Assembly: GCA_022813965.1 (NCBI GenBank)
Contig: JALDZS010000219.1
Coordinates: 1-36,342, forward strand
Length of the DNA: 36,342 nt
Origin: Toensbergia leucococca
Taxonomy: Eukaryota
Direction: 5' to 3'
A program made the position numbers and the translations under genes. This document shows, piece by piece, positions 1 through 11,549 of the stretch; position 1 is the stretch's first letter; each line of letters starts with the position of its first letter. The notes beneath the pieces are model-generated. The model was not told where the DNA came from. It ran no database searches and saw nothing but the letters and a program-made list of their open reading frames with translations.

Positions 1-439
1 GATACTGAGCAGGCTGTCTATTTCGCAATCCTCTTTCTTATCTACAGCAGTGTTTTTCATCTTGATAGTGGTGGGTGTCTCGGTGCTCAGTCTAGTTGTA
101 TCAGACACGAGGAGACACGACGAGAGGAGTAAACCCACAAAACTATCGATGATCCCTATCAGAACCATGTTTTTAAACGCCAGTACTATTTCGAACATTT
201 TCCTTTTTTCCGATAACATAGCATCAAGTATATTATTGTTCTACGCAAAACACTTCTGCCAGCAAAGCTTTCTATATCTTGCCAACTTCGCCCAAGGGGG
301 AATTGACATTCCTTCTTTCCTTTCCCAGAATACCAGGGTGCGTCTTGTTACCCTGCGGTATACCCATAGCACTGTAAAAGTCGGTTATAGTACCGACTAT
401 CATCTTATTCCAACGGGTTGCAATCTTCGCTTAGCGCGC

Positions 440-454
440 AGAAGGTTCGTGAAG
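440..454. promoter_or_regulatory. Heat shock element (HSE), perfect 3-unit nGAAnnTTCnnGAAn
   Basis: aGAAggTTCgtGAAg about 300 bp upstream of the small HSP start codon. An STRE core AGGGG is also present at 295-299. Confidence 0.75.
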
Positions 455-741
455 GTTGCCGTACGCTCCACATCCTCCAATTACCTCGGCTAACTGGGAA
501 AGCCCTAGGTCCTTCTGTTACATTCCCTACTTAGTGAGAACAAACTCTTGTCTTCCACCTCTAGATTATGCTAGAACATGCCAGAAAGCCATTGCTCTGG
601 TACAAATTCTGTTTAGATGCTGTTGCATCCATGTCATCATATCCACTCGAGACACTTCAATACATGCAATCCAGCAAACTCACCGCCAGACTACCTCAGG
701 TCTACCGAATCACCAACACACCAACTATCCAAACTCGGAAA

Positions 742-1386
742 ATGTCTTCATTCATCCCACGCTTCGCCTCCAACGATTTTGCGCCCCTCTTCCACCTCCT
801 TGACGACTATGATGTCCACCGCTCTACCTCAACTGCTTCGTCTTCCATCCGTGCCTTCCAGCCCAAATTCGACGTCCGAGAAGTGAACAACACATACGAA
901 CTTGACGGCGAGCTCCCAGGTGTCAATCAGTCAGATATCAACATTGAGTTTTCTGACACGCACACCCTCACCATCAAAGGCCGCTCCGAGCGCGAGGTCT
1001 CTCGAGCCACTTCGACTAACGCCACCACCAACGGCACATTTTCGGCTGAGCGCGTTACTGACGCCGATTCTCGGGCCGCATCGCCCAGCCACAGAACTAC
1101 CGTGGAAGATGAGCAGGCTGCCGACAACCTCGCTGCACCTATATCTGACGACTACACTACTCCTGCGGTAGCTACAGAGGTGGCTTCACCAAAGAAGAAA
1201 AACCCTGATCGACCTGGCTACAAGTCCTGGATCAGCGAGCGTTCGGTCGGAGAGTTCCACCGCAGCTTCAGGTTTCCTAAGAGAGTAGATCAAGACGCTG
1301 TTACTGCGAGCTTGAAGAACGGAATTTTGAGCGTAACAGTGCCCAAGGCTATCGTCAAGGCGGCGAAAAGAATCCAGGTTGAGTGA
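742..1386 (+). CDS. hsp30: Small heat shock protein (Hsp20/alpha-crystallin family, Hsp30-like), 214 aa, intronless
   Basis: MSSFIPRF..FAPLFHLLDDYD N-terminus; alpha-crystallin motifs FQPKFDVRE, YELDGELPG, ERSVGEFHRSFRFP, ASLKNGILSVTVPK; C-terminal IxV (RIQVE). ATG 742 is preferred over the ORF-track start at 568. Confidence 0.93.
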   Translation: MSSFIPRFASNDFAPLFHLLDDYDVHRSTSTASSSIRAFQPKFDVREVNNTYELDGELPGVNQSDINIEFSDTHTLTIKGRSEREVSRATSTNATTNGTFSAERVTDADSRAASPSHRTTVEDEQAADNLAAPISDDYTTPAVATEVASPKKKNPDRPGYKSWISERSVGEFHRSFRFPKRVDQDAVTASLKNGILSVTVPKAIVKAAKRIQVE

Positions 1387-1992
1387 GCTGTAGTGAAGGA
1401 GCATTATGAAGGTCTAGCACGAACGGGTGCATAGGGTAACGAGGGAATAGCACCAATGGCTGATTCTACTATTATGGCGTTTCCATGTGTTGAGCATGAA
1501 AGGATACAGTCTTTACGGGTTATCTGGCCGTAGCCATAATTCAATAATACCTATAAAATCAAACAGCATCCTTTCTCCAAACATCAAAGTGCGGAGTTAT
1601 GATTCGAATGTCTCTCAAGAATTGGTTCGGATACTGTAATCGTTTATCCCACCAGTGACAGATGGAAACGCGCTGTTGCGAATGACACGATATTCAGAAA
1701 TCATGCAGGTAGAACTAAATGGCGCAGCATCTCGCCAAACGTCTTGGTCACTATGTACCTGAAAGCCTTTCTATGAGAACAATGTAGCGATATTAAGTAC
1801 AAGCAGCAAGGCAATGTCAAAACGGGCTCGATGAACAAACGCTGACATATGACCGACTGTAGTACCTGGGTATCATAAAATGCTTTCCGCACAGCAGAAC
1901 AGCCTCTTGGAAAACATCATCCAACACATCCGGAAATATTCATTGAAATAGGAAGAACTATTTCAAAGGCACTACAAGTCTGGCCTCTGCTC

Positions 1993-4900
1993 TCACGACG
2001 AAGGCGCCACAAATATTGGGATATCGCTCAGGTCGATGCCGAACCCCAGACTAACGTCCACACATTTTCTACTGGCGCCACTCTTCAGGCTCCTAGTACC
2101 AGCACTCCCGCCAAGGCCAACGCCACTCTCGTAACCGAAGAGTAGTCCGCCCTCAAAACGTCCAGAGAGACGTTCAATATTGCTTTCCGGGGCCGAAAGC
2201 CTCTGCAGTGAAGCTGTCGAACTAGTATGAGGATTTGAGAGACACTGTATTCCAGAAAATGGTACGTGGAAAGATCTGGTAGCCTGCTTACGTACTGCTA
2301 GATTTTGCAAGCCCTTAGAAGGGCTATTGGCATCAGAAAGCTGCATGGTACTCTGAGCCTGCGTGCTCAATGTATCAATGGACGCAGAAGACTTGGAGCT
2401 TTTTGTCGCTTGGGCTCGAAGAAGTAGGACCTCACCAGCCGACTTTCGGCGTTGGGACCACGCCTCTCGATGAACTTCCCAGGTCTCATGAGGACGATCA
2501 TTTATCTCGTCGGTATTAATAGCCACGTCTGCCGTCGCTGATTGTTGTTTCAACGTCCCCAGGAGCTGCTTCGTCTTTCGTGGCGGGGTCAGGGTTTTCC
2601 GCTGTTCGGAATTAGATCTAGAGATCTGAGCCTCTTTTTGATGCAGTTGCTCAAGGGTAGGCAAGGTTGGTATAGGTGGTGCGTTGACAATTAAACTTCG
2701 AGGCCTAACCATCTTCCCAGGAATACCACCACGATCGTTGAAATCGTTGTGATATGGAGTTTTTGGTCGAGATACGCTGCAGCTTCTCAGCCTGCTGCGT
2801 GCCCTGGCAAGTTCTGCGGCAACTTCTCCATCCATACCAATCATAGATCTGGCTCGTGGTGTAGCCGTACTCATTTGATGTGGGTGTGAGCCATTGCGAT
2901 GTGCCGTAGGCGACGCTGTTACTATTGAATTTGGTCTCGCAATGTCGTATGGACTACTACCAAGCGATTCGGTGACGGTGCCAAAATCGGAAATCATTAT
3001 CTGGGAATTATCGCTGGGCCTTCTAAGCCGCTGGTGATGCGCCTCATGATGCGCCTTTGCGGCAGTAGCAGGACCGCAATCTGACTGAGAAGCAAGCGGA
3101 GAGTAAGCTTTTAGGTTTAGTCTCTTAGATCGACTCTCCACAGCTGATCCCAAAGGAACATCGGTTTGTCCAAAAGCGTTCGATGGGGATGGGAACCGAA
3201 TCGGAGCATATGCAAATTCTTCATCCATAACAATATCCTTTGATGTGGTATGCTGTAGACTTGGGAAGGTACGCTCAAGAAGTGGAAAATGGTGGAGTCT
3301 CTCTGCGTGCTTCATAGAAATCTCCGAAGGCACTGGAGGAATTTGGTATGGAGCGAACTCCTCGCATCCTTGCACAGTGATGAATTCTGCGGGAATAGGC
3401 TGTGACAATGGCCTTGCTTTCCGAAGCTTGCGGATGTTCTTTGAGGTTGAGGTTGAAGCAATGTATCCGGGATCGAGAGTGGTGACCGTCTCAGATGAAG
3501 TCGAGGACTTTAGAGCTGAAACACGGTCTATACTTATGAGCTTCTGCTTGGCTAAGCTTCTTCGACTAGTCAGAGCCGGGTCATCAGCAGCACTCGTCTG
3601 GACGACCTGTGTCACAGATGCCGAGTGTGGCATCTCTCGAGGCCTTTCTGGGCCTCGAGAAGCTCTCAACAATGATTTCACAACAAGCCGTGGATGTCGA
3701 TCATTCGAATCGCCACTAGCCATCGAGGTGCTCAATGAATTTAAAGAATCATTGGAGCTATACCCGCTGTCCACTTGATCGAGTGGGTTGATGGAATCCG
3801 TACACGAGTGGCCGAAAAGGTCTGAAAATGTAGAGGATGATACAGGCCGAGACTCCTCTTCAAAGTCTGGCCGTGCACAATGACCTACTGTACGGAAGGC
3901 ATCTTCCATGCACCCGTTGTCGGCATGCCGCGCCTCAGCGTCTGCAATAAATGATCTCCAGTTTTGATCTCCAGTATGATCTGGTAATGGTTTTGCAATA
4001 TTTCTGTTCTCCAAGTAACCTTTCTTCACGTCGCCCCCTTCATACTTGGGCTTCATTGCCGGGCTCTTCAAATTCAGCGCTTCGTGGGAGGAGAATGGAC
4101 TGCATGGAAGTTCGGACATGTACTCATGCGCCATACTAGAAGCTCGATCTGGTAATCTTGATGCGCGTCCAGAAGCGGAAAGAGATCGTCTTTTCTTGAG
4201 ACATGAAGCCCTTTTGGGTTTGGGTGGGTGATCCTCGTCACGAACAGAGCGTCCCTCCTGAGCCTGTGTCTCATCCTCACTCTTGACTGCTTCCGAAACT
4301 GTAATATATTCCTCGTCTTTTTTTGGATTAGAGGTAGATTGTCTATTTTCGAAAGATAGACTTGGGTCGTATGGCGCTGGGGAGGTAGTATCATTCGTAA
4401 CACGTAATGTTCCGAGCTTGAGTCCACCAAGGTGTGTATAGTCTAGATCACAGGGTGTGGATGCCCGTGGCACCGGCGAATATCTGCCGTCATAGGCCAG
4501 ATTCAGCGCAGCAAGATGCGACAGAGGTGAAGTTTGAGAGAGAGAGGGGTTATAATAATAGTCACGATCCGCCTGAGACGGGACTCGGGCGGGTGGAGGC
4601 GGTTTTCGTAATATATCATTTGGAATACGTGTGGCGATGCCCGGAGTGAGCAGAGAACGCCGTCGAATAGGAGACACAACAGCATCTATATGCATATCCT
4701 CATCCACAGGCGAAGAAACATGATGAAGTGCTGCAAGGCTGTCTGCCCAAGCCTTTTCTCTGATCTGATCCAGGATATGGGCAGACTCCTCAGTGTGTGG
4801 CATCGCTGACTGCTCCAAGAGTAGAGACGCCCGCGACCCTTTGGCGCTGGACAGCTGCGAGACCAGGGAATTCGTCCTCGACAAACGATTTCTAACACCA

Positions 4901-5184
4901 CGTGCAACGTCTGCGAGACCTGACCTTCCATCATTATCTTCCTCTTCTGTTTGCTTCTGGCTTGAAACCTGATCTAAGCCGTAAAGATAAGTCCGAAACT
5001 TACCGCGCGTATCTCGCCGACTCCTATAGTCTCCAGGGTATTGATTTGTACCTTTCGTAATATGATCGTTGATATACGCATCCGCGGACCCTAAAGGCCG
5101 GAAAGATTCGATCTGCTGACTAGGCTGGTTTGACCATGTTTTACTCCGATGCGTAAGCGGCCTTGAGATGTACACTGGGTCCAT
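1993..5184 (-). CDS. Large Ser/Pro/Arg-rich hypothetical protein (1063 aa), function unknown
   Basis: Uninterrupted 3.2 kb ORF, mostly low complexity, with motif-like islands (SPIRRRSLLTPGIATR; DYTHLGGLKLGTLRVTN; C-terminal GRFEGGLLFGYESGVGLGGSAGTR...FGIDLSDIPIF). An additional 5' exon cannot be excluded. Confidence 0.85.
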   Translation of the reverse strand: MDPVYISRPLTHRSKTWSNQPSQQIESFRPLGSADAYINDHITKGTNQYPGDYRSRRDTRGKFRTYLYGLDQVSSQKQTEEEDNDGRSGLADVARGVRNRLSRTNSLVSQLSSAKGSRASLLLEQSAMPHTEESAHILDQIREKAWADSLAALHHVSSPVDEDMHIDAVVSPIRRRSLLTPGIATRIPNDILRKPPPPARVPSQADRDYYYNPSLSQTSPLSHLAALNLAYDGRYSPVPRASTPCDLDYTHLGGLKLGTLRVTNDTTSPAPYDPSLSFENRQSTSNPKKDEEYITVSEAVKSEDETQAQEGRSVRDEDHPPKPKRASCLKKRRSLSASGRASRLPDRASSMAHEYMSELPCSPFSSHEALNLKSPAMKPKYEGGDVKKGYLENRNIAKPLPDHTGDQNWRSFIADAEARHADNGCMEDAFRTVGHCARPDFEEESRPVSSSTFSDLFGHSCTDSINPLDQVDSGYSSNDSLNSLSTSMASGDSNDRHPRLVVKSLLRASRGPERPREMPHSASVTQVVQTSAADDPALTSRRSLAKQKLISIDRVSALKSSTSSETVTTLDPGYIASTSTSKNIRKLRKARPLSQPIPAEFITVQGCEEFAPYQIPPVPSEISMKHAERLHHFPLLERTFPSLQHTTSKDIVMDEEFAYAPIRFPSPSNAFGQTDVPLGSAVESRSKRLNLKAYSPLASQSDCGPATAAKAHHEAHHQRLRRPSDNSQIMISDFGTVTESLGSSPYDIARPNSIVTASPTAHRNGSHPHQMSTATPRARSMIGMDGEVAAELARARSRLRSCSVSRPKTPYHNDFNDRGGIPGKMVRPRSLIVNAPPIPTLPTLEQLHQKEAQISRSNSEQRKTLTPPRKTKQLLGTLKQQSATADVAINTDEINDRPHETWEVHREAWSQRRKSAGEVLLLRAQATKSSKSSASIDTLSTQAQSTMQLSDANSPSKGLQNLAVRKQATRSFHVPFSGIQCLSNPHTSSTASLQRLSAPESNIERLSGRFEGGLLFGYESGVGLGGSAGTRSLKSGASRKCVDVSLGFGIDLSDIPIFVAPSS

Positions 5185-5790
5185 TGTTTACAGACTGAGA
5201 CGGAGTATGGCAGCAGAATATGCTATTCGAGATTCCGCTGTAGGTCAAAAACTGTGACTCAAGTTGGGGGACCTAAGTTCCGCCATATTATGTTATGGAT
5301 TGTCGTGCTTCGATTTCAAGGCATGTTGTCAAGTGAGAGATCTTGGGTTGGCATCTAGAAAGTGGTAGTGACGCTAGGGTTCAGGTGGAAAACAAGAAAG
5401 CAGACAATATGCTCTTCAGAATGGGTTGTTTCGCGGCTGATACAATGATAGGAGGGGGAACAGGTGGAGGAAGTAGGATGAGACAAAACTCTTAAATTAT
5501 GGACAAGCCATTGGTTGCTTGGCTGGGAGGGGGTTGGTAAACAAGAGACAACATCCAAGATTCACTCTTAGCGCTGTACTGCGCCACACTGCCTCAACAA
5601 GGGTCTCTTGCTATGCCCAATTGGCCATGGTGCTCATGCACGCTATCCTCGGAACTGGTAAAGATCGGTCCGACTTTCAGATCGATCTGCATAGGATTGT
5701 GGCTGATGATGTATTCATGAGCCACACCTGGTTCACTAGTGGGCTCGTGGGCCACTTTCCATCACACTCCGTAATGATACTCTAGTCAGA

Positions 5791-6783
5791 ATGACAGACT
5801 TGAGAGCTGCCACGGAGACTCCTCCCTCTAGCTTCATGTCAAAGGCTGCTTACGATATCGCATGTAGCTCTTTGGTTGAAAGGAGTCGAGACAAGGCTTC
5901 AGGCGGACTAAGCTTAGGGCTCCGTGGAGAGGTATGAACAGCAGAAGCCATCACTTAGATAACATCACGACTATCCAAACGATCTGAAGTCTTGGTCCAT
6001 TACAGCACCTTCGTTTCAGTCTCAAGAGAACTTACAGAGAAAGAACTTGTTTTTCAATGCATCTGCGAACTTCTACCTGTAATATCATGATCGAAGCACC
6101 AAAAGCTTACTTACGCAACATCTGATCCAGGAGAACTGTCGATATCTCACCATCAAGCGTCCCTTCTACCGAGGCCCTTCGTTGTGCCAGGGTCGTGTCG
6201 TAGTTGAGAGCAGCCTAGTTAGCAACGGAGACACTCAGCTGAGTTATACCGACGACGATGACGATTGTGTGAGTATCTATGATAGGGCTACAAAAGGTAC
6301 GAGTGTTCCTATCTAACAGAGCCAGGCCGCCATATACCATGGAGATATCTCAAGACCCGCACCATCTGTAGAGTACAATATTTTCCTGTCCCCCACGTTC
6401 CGTGTTCCTGTCTTGTATTTCTTCCTTCATGGCTTTCCGCCAGGTAGTATGAACGGCATCGAAGCTGTGTACAAGTTGCTCGTTCCAGAGTCTACCAGGC
6501 CAGTGCTGCAAGAAGTAGGAGTCCTAGGTGGAATTACTATGGCTGTATATAATTTTGCTCAACCAGGCTTGGCATTCACTAATAGAACTAGAATCATCCT
6601 GTTACCGACTCTCCTGCGTTCTTAATTCATCCATGCAGGACTGAGGAGGCCATGAGAGAGATTGTTGGTAGCAGGAACGTCTCCCCACTCGAATATTTGC
6701 AGATTTGGATGGGATTGGCCGGGAGCTGTGTTGGATTACATATACCTACTGAACTTGTTGTAGGCACAGAAGAGATATGGTGA
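5791..6783 (+). CDS. ATG10: Atg10, E2-like conjugating enzyme for Atg12 (autophagy), ~229 aa, 4 exons
   Basis: Exons 5791-5931, 6131-6268, 6326-6544 and 6592-6783 join in frame through GT-AG introns. Motifs: VEYNIFLSPTFRVPVLYF, GGITMA|NHPVTDSPAFLIHPCRTEEAM (catalytic HPC) and EYLQIWMGLAGSCVGL. Exon 1 is less certain. Confidence 0.88.
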
Positions 6784-6978
6784 ATCTAGTGTTTTCTCAA
6801 TGCAGGGTACGAACTTCATGTAACTTCAAGCATCTCAAATGCCCGAGTGTCCCCCAACACCTCATAAGTAGGAAGACAGAGCCTGATATAAGACTACACA
6901 AGACACTGCATCGAGGTCCTTTCGAACATTTCGAAAACTATGCAGCTCTAAAAATGTCATTGTGAATGAAGTGGTGGG

Positions 6979-7715
6979 TCAGTCATCGTCTGAAGACGCT
7001 TCCATTGGCTCGCTGTCATCTTCCTCCATCGGTGCGCCTTCTTCGTCGCTTTCGTCCTCTCTTCTTCTCTTGAGTCCTTGCGGTTCGTCTGCATCTGCTT
7101 TTGGTCCGTTCAAACTGATTTCAGACTCTTTTGTTGTGCTAGCTGCAGTTGATACAGCTGCTACGCTTGATGATGGCAGCGCATTGAAAATAGATTGTTG
7201 TAGTTCCGTCGAAGTGACTACGTGAGTTGGTATTACGGGCATGCGGTACGTGCCGTCAAGTTTCGCAATGGTATCTGACTTTCCCTTAGCATACTGCATT
7301 TTCTGTCCTCCGATTTAGCTTTCGTGGGTGCTCTTCGTAATGGATGTCGTTGGATAAGGCTTACCATCTCTTTACCAAAAAAATCGAATCCCTGCAAAGC
7401 TCTCATAGCTTGCGTACTGGCCTGAACATCACGAAAGACAATGTGAGCCTGGCCGCGCATTTTTGAAGTCTTTAATGCAACAACATCCAGCACAGGACCA
7501 TAGGTCGAAAAGAGGGTATAAAGTGCAAGTCGCAAATCTCGCTTTTGTAATTTATCGGGCAAATTTGTACAGTAAAGCCTATCATTTGTGTCAGCGGAGA
7601 GGATCTACTAGACGTGATTACCAACAGCCCGTTCGTACGTTTGGTTTGGGGCCTCTGAAGTGGTACTTGATTTCTGTGAAGGCCCATTGTGAGACGGCAT
7701 CACTCTTGACACCAT
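6979..7715 (-). CDS. MSL1: U2 snRNP B''/U1A-family single-RRM protein (Msl1-like), ~204 aa, 3 exons
   Basis: Exons 7715-7639, 7578-7365 and 7302-6979. PNQTLYCTNLPDKLQKRDLRLALYTLFSTYGPVLDVVALKTSKMRGQAHIVF and QYAKGKSD are U1A/U2B'' signatures; acidic tail. U2B'' rather than U1A is inferred from the single RRM. Confidence 0.85.
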
Positions 7716-8008
7716 ATTGTATATGTTCTGCTCAACTATGACAAGACTATAATAGTGAGAAACATCGTCTTCGAAGTGAGGGAAGATTCCAAGAAAGACT
7801 GACGCCCGAATGAACTTGTCGAGGCTTGGAGACGTTTTGCTGCACTCAATTTAGACTTTACAGGTTGAAATGTTGTGTTTTCGTCTGGTTATCCAATCAC
7901 AATGTGCCTCGAGTGACGCCAAAGACTCTTCTACACCTCACCATCAATTACGATTTGAACATTTTGCGGTAGTAGAGAGCTACTCCTATCGCCCACTCTC
8001 CCTCTATC

Positions 8009-9292
8009 ATGGCTACTCCTGAGGTTCATCATCTTTTCCATCACCCGATTGCGGATCACTCTTTCTCCGCAGATAGGCAGACTTTGGCCGTGGCTCGCGA
8101 CAACAATATTGAGCTCTACGGCCGATCAGGGAATAAATTTACTCTGCAAGACGAGCTCAAGGGACATGATAAGACTGTCACAAGTGTTGATATAGCCGCA
8201 AGTACTGGACGTATTGTAACTTGTTCACAAGGTCAGCACCGATTACTGCAATGCGCATCGGAGAACTCTGGATAGAGGTTTCTTTGATGCTGGGACTGAT
8301 GCGGATGAATTACAGACCGCAATGCCTATGTGTGGGAGCCTTCTGCGTCTGGGTGGAAGCCGACGCTTGTTCTTCTTCGAATCAATCGTGCCGCAACCTT
8401 TGTACGTTGGTCACCATCGGAACTCAAATTTGCTGTGGGTTCTGGCGCTCGTGTTATTGCGGTATGCTATTTCGAGGAGGAGAATGATTGGTGGGTATCG
8501 AAACATTTGAAGAAGCCCATTCGGAGTACAATCACTACAGTGGCATGGCACCCTAATTCTGTCCTTCTCGCAGCAGGGTCTACGGATGCACATGCAAGGG
8601 TGTTCTCCAGTTTCATCAAGGGTGTTGATGCAAAACCTGAAAGTAGCGTTTGGGGGGAGCGTCTACCGTTCAACACTGTGTGTGGCGAGTATCTCAACAA
8701 CTCTGCTGGATGGATCCATGGATGTGCCTTCTCGCCCAGTGGAAATGCTCTTGCATTCACTGCGCACGATAGCAGCGTCACAGTGGTGTATCCTAGTGGC
8801 CCAGATCAGCCACCAACAGCGGTAGTGAGCGTGAGTACGCAATTGCTGCCTTTTTTAGGCCTGATATGGAATGGGGAGAGCGAGATTATTGCTGCAGGAT
8901 ATGTACGAGACCAACCCAATTGGCAGGCATGAGGATCACTGACAATCTTCAGGACTGCGAAGCTTATCGGTTGAGTGGGGATCAGCATGGCTGGCAGATA
9001 GTCGGAGCTATGGAATCCAATGGCAGGCCAGGCATGGGGAATCTTCGCGAAGAGTCTGCTTTGAACATGTTCAGGCAGATGGACCTGAAAGGAAAGACCA
9101 AGGATGATACGCAGTTGAAGACCGTCCATCAGAATACCATCGCTACAATCAGACCCTACAGTGAGACTGCTGGGGGGGTCGGGAAATTTAGTAGTAAGTG
9201 CATTCGGGAAGCACACTCCTTCAAAGCGCGCTTCGATCTAACTTTCTGCAGCCAGTGGCGTTGATGGAAGAGTAGTGATATGGTCTGCATAA
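8009..9292 (+). CDS. ARC40: Arp2/3 complex subunit 1 (ARPC1/p41-Arc, WD40), ~363 aa, 4 exons
   Basis: Exons 8009-8231, 8316-8902, 8953-9193 and 9252-9292. Hallmarks: IVTCSQDRNAYVW, WKPTLVLLRINRAAT, CYFEEENDWWVSKHLKKPIRST, TSGVDGRVVIW. Confidence 0.97.
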
Positions 9293-9710
9293 GAAAGAAC
9301 TAGTTGATAATTTTGCGAAAACTGGTTTCATGCATCTGAAATAACCAAAGTTGTTCCCTGATTTCATGAACATTCTTACCACTTCTTATCGGATTGCCGT
9401 CTTGCAGACGAAACACCTTGTTACTTAGCACAACCTAAATATTCTTAGGTTACACGCTCCTCCAAGAGCATAGTGATCAAGGGAGTCTTCGAGTGAGCCC
9501 TCTGTCTGCTCAGAAGTATAGGTCTCGGATACAAGGGCATCCAGAAGTGCATCGATCCTTCTATGGAGATCTCCCCAATATGGCTGTCATCTCCCGTGCC
9601 TTTACGAGAGGAACTACTTGAGCAGTCCGCTTCTCATCCATCCTGAACATTTTCTCGGCAAAATCTACTTCTCTTGATCCTACTTCTCAGTTGACATTTA
9701 GAAGTTTAAA

Positions 9711-10769
9711 ATGGGAAGCCAGGAGCTAGAGCATCAATCAAGTAAAGAAGCTCCTGCTGACTGCTCTTTTCCCACCGTTTCAATGCAGACACCGCCCATC
9801 CGTAGCTCTCAAGCGCCTGAACAAGGTTTCTTCATCACGAACAGTCCTGCAGGTGGTTCGGACTTCCCCCTTAACGCGCCGTTCAGCCAATATTCCACTC
9901 CAACTGAGCCATCTTTTCAACGGAGTCCCAGGTTGCAAAATGATCTACATTCGGGAGTCGTGGTGTACTCTCCACCCCCGCCACCCTACAGCTCGTCTAT
10001 GACTGCTTACCCAACTCACCATGACTTCCGCGAGCGATCCCCAGCGCGTCTCTCTCCCTCCCACTACAGCCGCCGCTTCGATCGCCGACGCCATATTATC
10101 CAAGAGCTAGACCCTGTAGTCGAGAACCAAGACAGCAATGATATACCCATGTCTATTGACAGTCAGGAAACATTGCGTATAAGCCCTGCTCAGCGCATTT
10201 CTTCCACTTCGTCCATCTCCGCCGCGAGGTTTTGGTCTCCGCACACCAGACCGAGCCTCCAGTACAATTTCTTTCTTGCCTTGGAGCGAATCTGCAAATC
10301 TGCCGCAGGCAAGTATCACCGTAAGTATTGCCAGCTGGGTTCCCGTTCAAAGCACTCCGGGTGCGTCATCCCAGGAGCACACCATTTCCTCTTTAGTTGC
10401 GCCAACGGTCGTGCTCAGGATTTGGAAACCCGTGCCTGTCCCTACGGCCTCGTACATGTATCATTGCGTCATTTCACAAGGTGTATCTCTTTAAGGCTGT
10501 GGACGCGTGCGATGAGGGCTGGGGAATATACGCAGGAATCTGAGGCAGTGCATCGGATGAAGAATTTGTACTCGTGGGTTGAGAAGGTCACTGGTGCCCG
10601 GACGAGGGTGTTGGAGGAGGGAAGTACGGGCATTGGCGAAGAAGAGGCTTTCAACATTGTAATGGCGGCCAGGGATATGTGCGGTTGGCTATTGAATGAC
10701 AAGGCCAAGAATGATGTTGATGTGCTGTGGGAAGAAAGAGGCATGTTTGGCAATATCTTGTCGGGTTGA
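9711..10769 (+). CDS. Hypothetical protein (352 aa): disordered S/P-rich N-half, probable helical C-terminal domain
   Basis: Intronless 1059-nt ORF filling the gap between ARPC1 and MRI1, with a good start context (aaaATGG). No family recognised. Confidence 0.7.
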   Translation: MGSQELEHQSSKEAPADCSFPTVSMQTPPIRSSQAPEQGFFITNSPAGGSDFPLNAPFSQYSTPTEPSFQRSPRLQNDLHSGVVVYSPPPPPYSSSMTAYPTHHDFRERSPARLSPSHYSRRFDRRRHIIQELDPVVENQDSNDIPMSIDSQETLRISPAQRISSTSSISAARFWSPHTRPSLQYNFFLALERICKSAAGKYHRKYCQLGSRSKHSGCVIPGAHHFLFSCANGRAQDLETRACPYGLVHVSLRHFTRCISLRLWTRAMRAGEYTQESEAVHRMKNLYSWVEKVTGARTRVLEEGSTGIGEEEAFNIVMAARDMCGWLLNDKAKNDVDVLWEERGMFGNILSG

Positions 10770-11549
10770 TTTAGAGAATGATATTGAAAAGACTGGGAAC
10801 ATGAGGTTTGATGAGATGAGCAGGATTTTTCTATGCCTGTGGATCAATTTGTAGTACTGTAGAGATGAAAATCTGGCTACCTGTACGGAGTATGGCTACT
10901 TTTTTCTGGTGAGTGTACTGCCTTTACTGTGCACGGCTCGTAGATAATTGATGCGCTATTTTGATCGTTGAAATTTGAAAGGCAGTGGTATGTGAGGCCT
11001 AGGTAGCCAACATGATTGCGCTATACTACAATGTACGGAAGCTTCAGTCAGGTGCTCTACCTTGTTACAGTTGCAAATGCTAAACAAAGACCCCTTCAAG
11101 ATACTCTGAAATGTACTCGAATGTCATAGCATGCAGATCGGTCTCTGACATTTGAATTTGCATAGTTGGAGAAGCAGCTAGAGATATCGAGGGCATGGGA
11201 ACTATTCCAAGTAAAGGAAATGTTGCCGCTTGGTGCTCTAGATTGAGAATAGGCAGGAGAATGGGGGAAACCGCTCTAAAGCTTCAAATCGGCGCGTACA
11301 TGGAGTGGAGGTATTTCAATGACAGGATCATAGATTGAAACGCTATCAGGCACAGAATGCTCACATGCCACAAGTAAGCGTTCGGCTGTCTCCAGTCAGA
11401 AAGGATTGAGCATTGAATCACTGCGAATGTCCACGCATTATAATCACCGAAGTGCCAGATATCCGAAAAGGCCATTTCTGCACTTCAAAGGCGTGCTTTC
11501 AGCTTCGTCGCGGACGTTTTCATTTACATGGTCTCATGAGAATTTGTGA

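Noticed and set aside
50..493. 147-aa GTG-started ORF at the window start
   Set aside because: No ATG start or recognisable domain, and it overlaps the hsp30 promoter elements.
568..741. 58-aa N-terminal extension of the small HSP in the ORF track
   Set aside because: The family-like sequence starts at MSSFIPRF (ATG 742). The upstream part looks like promoter/5' UTR and lies just downstream of the HSE.
3245..3778. 177-aa + strand ORF, and similar antisense ORFs such as 18655-19263, 8806-9216 and 28430-28834
   Set aside because: They lie opposite well-supported genes and have no recognisable motifs.
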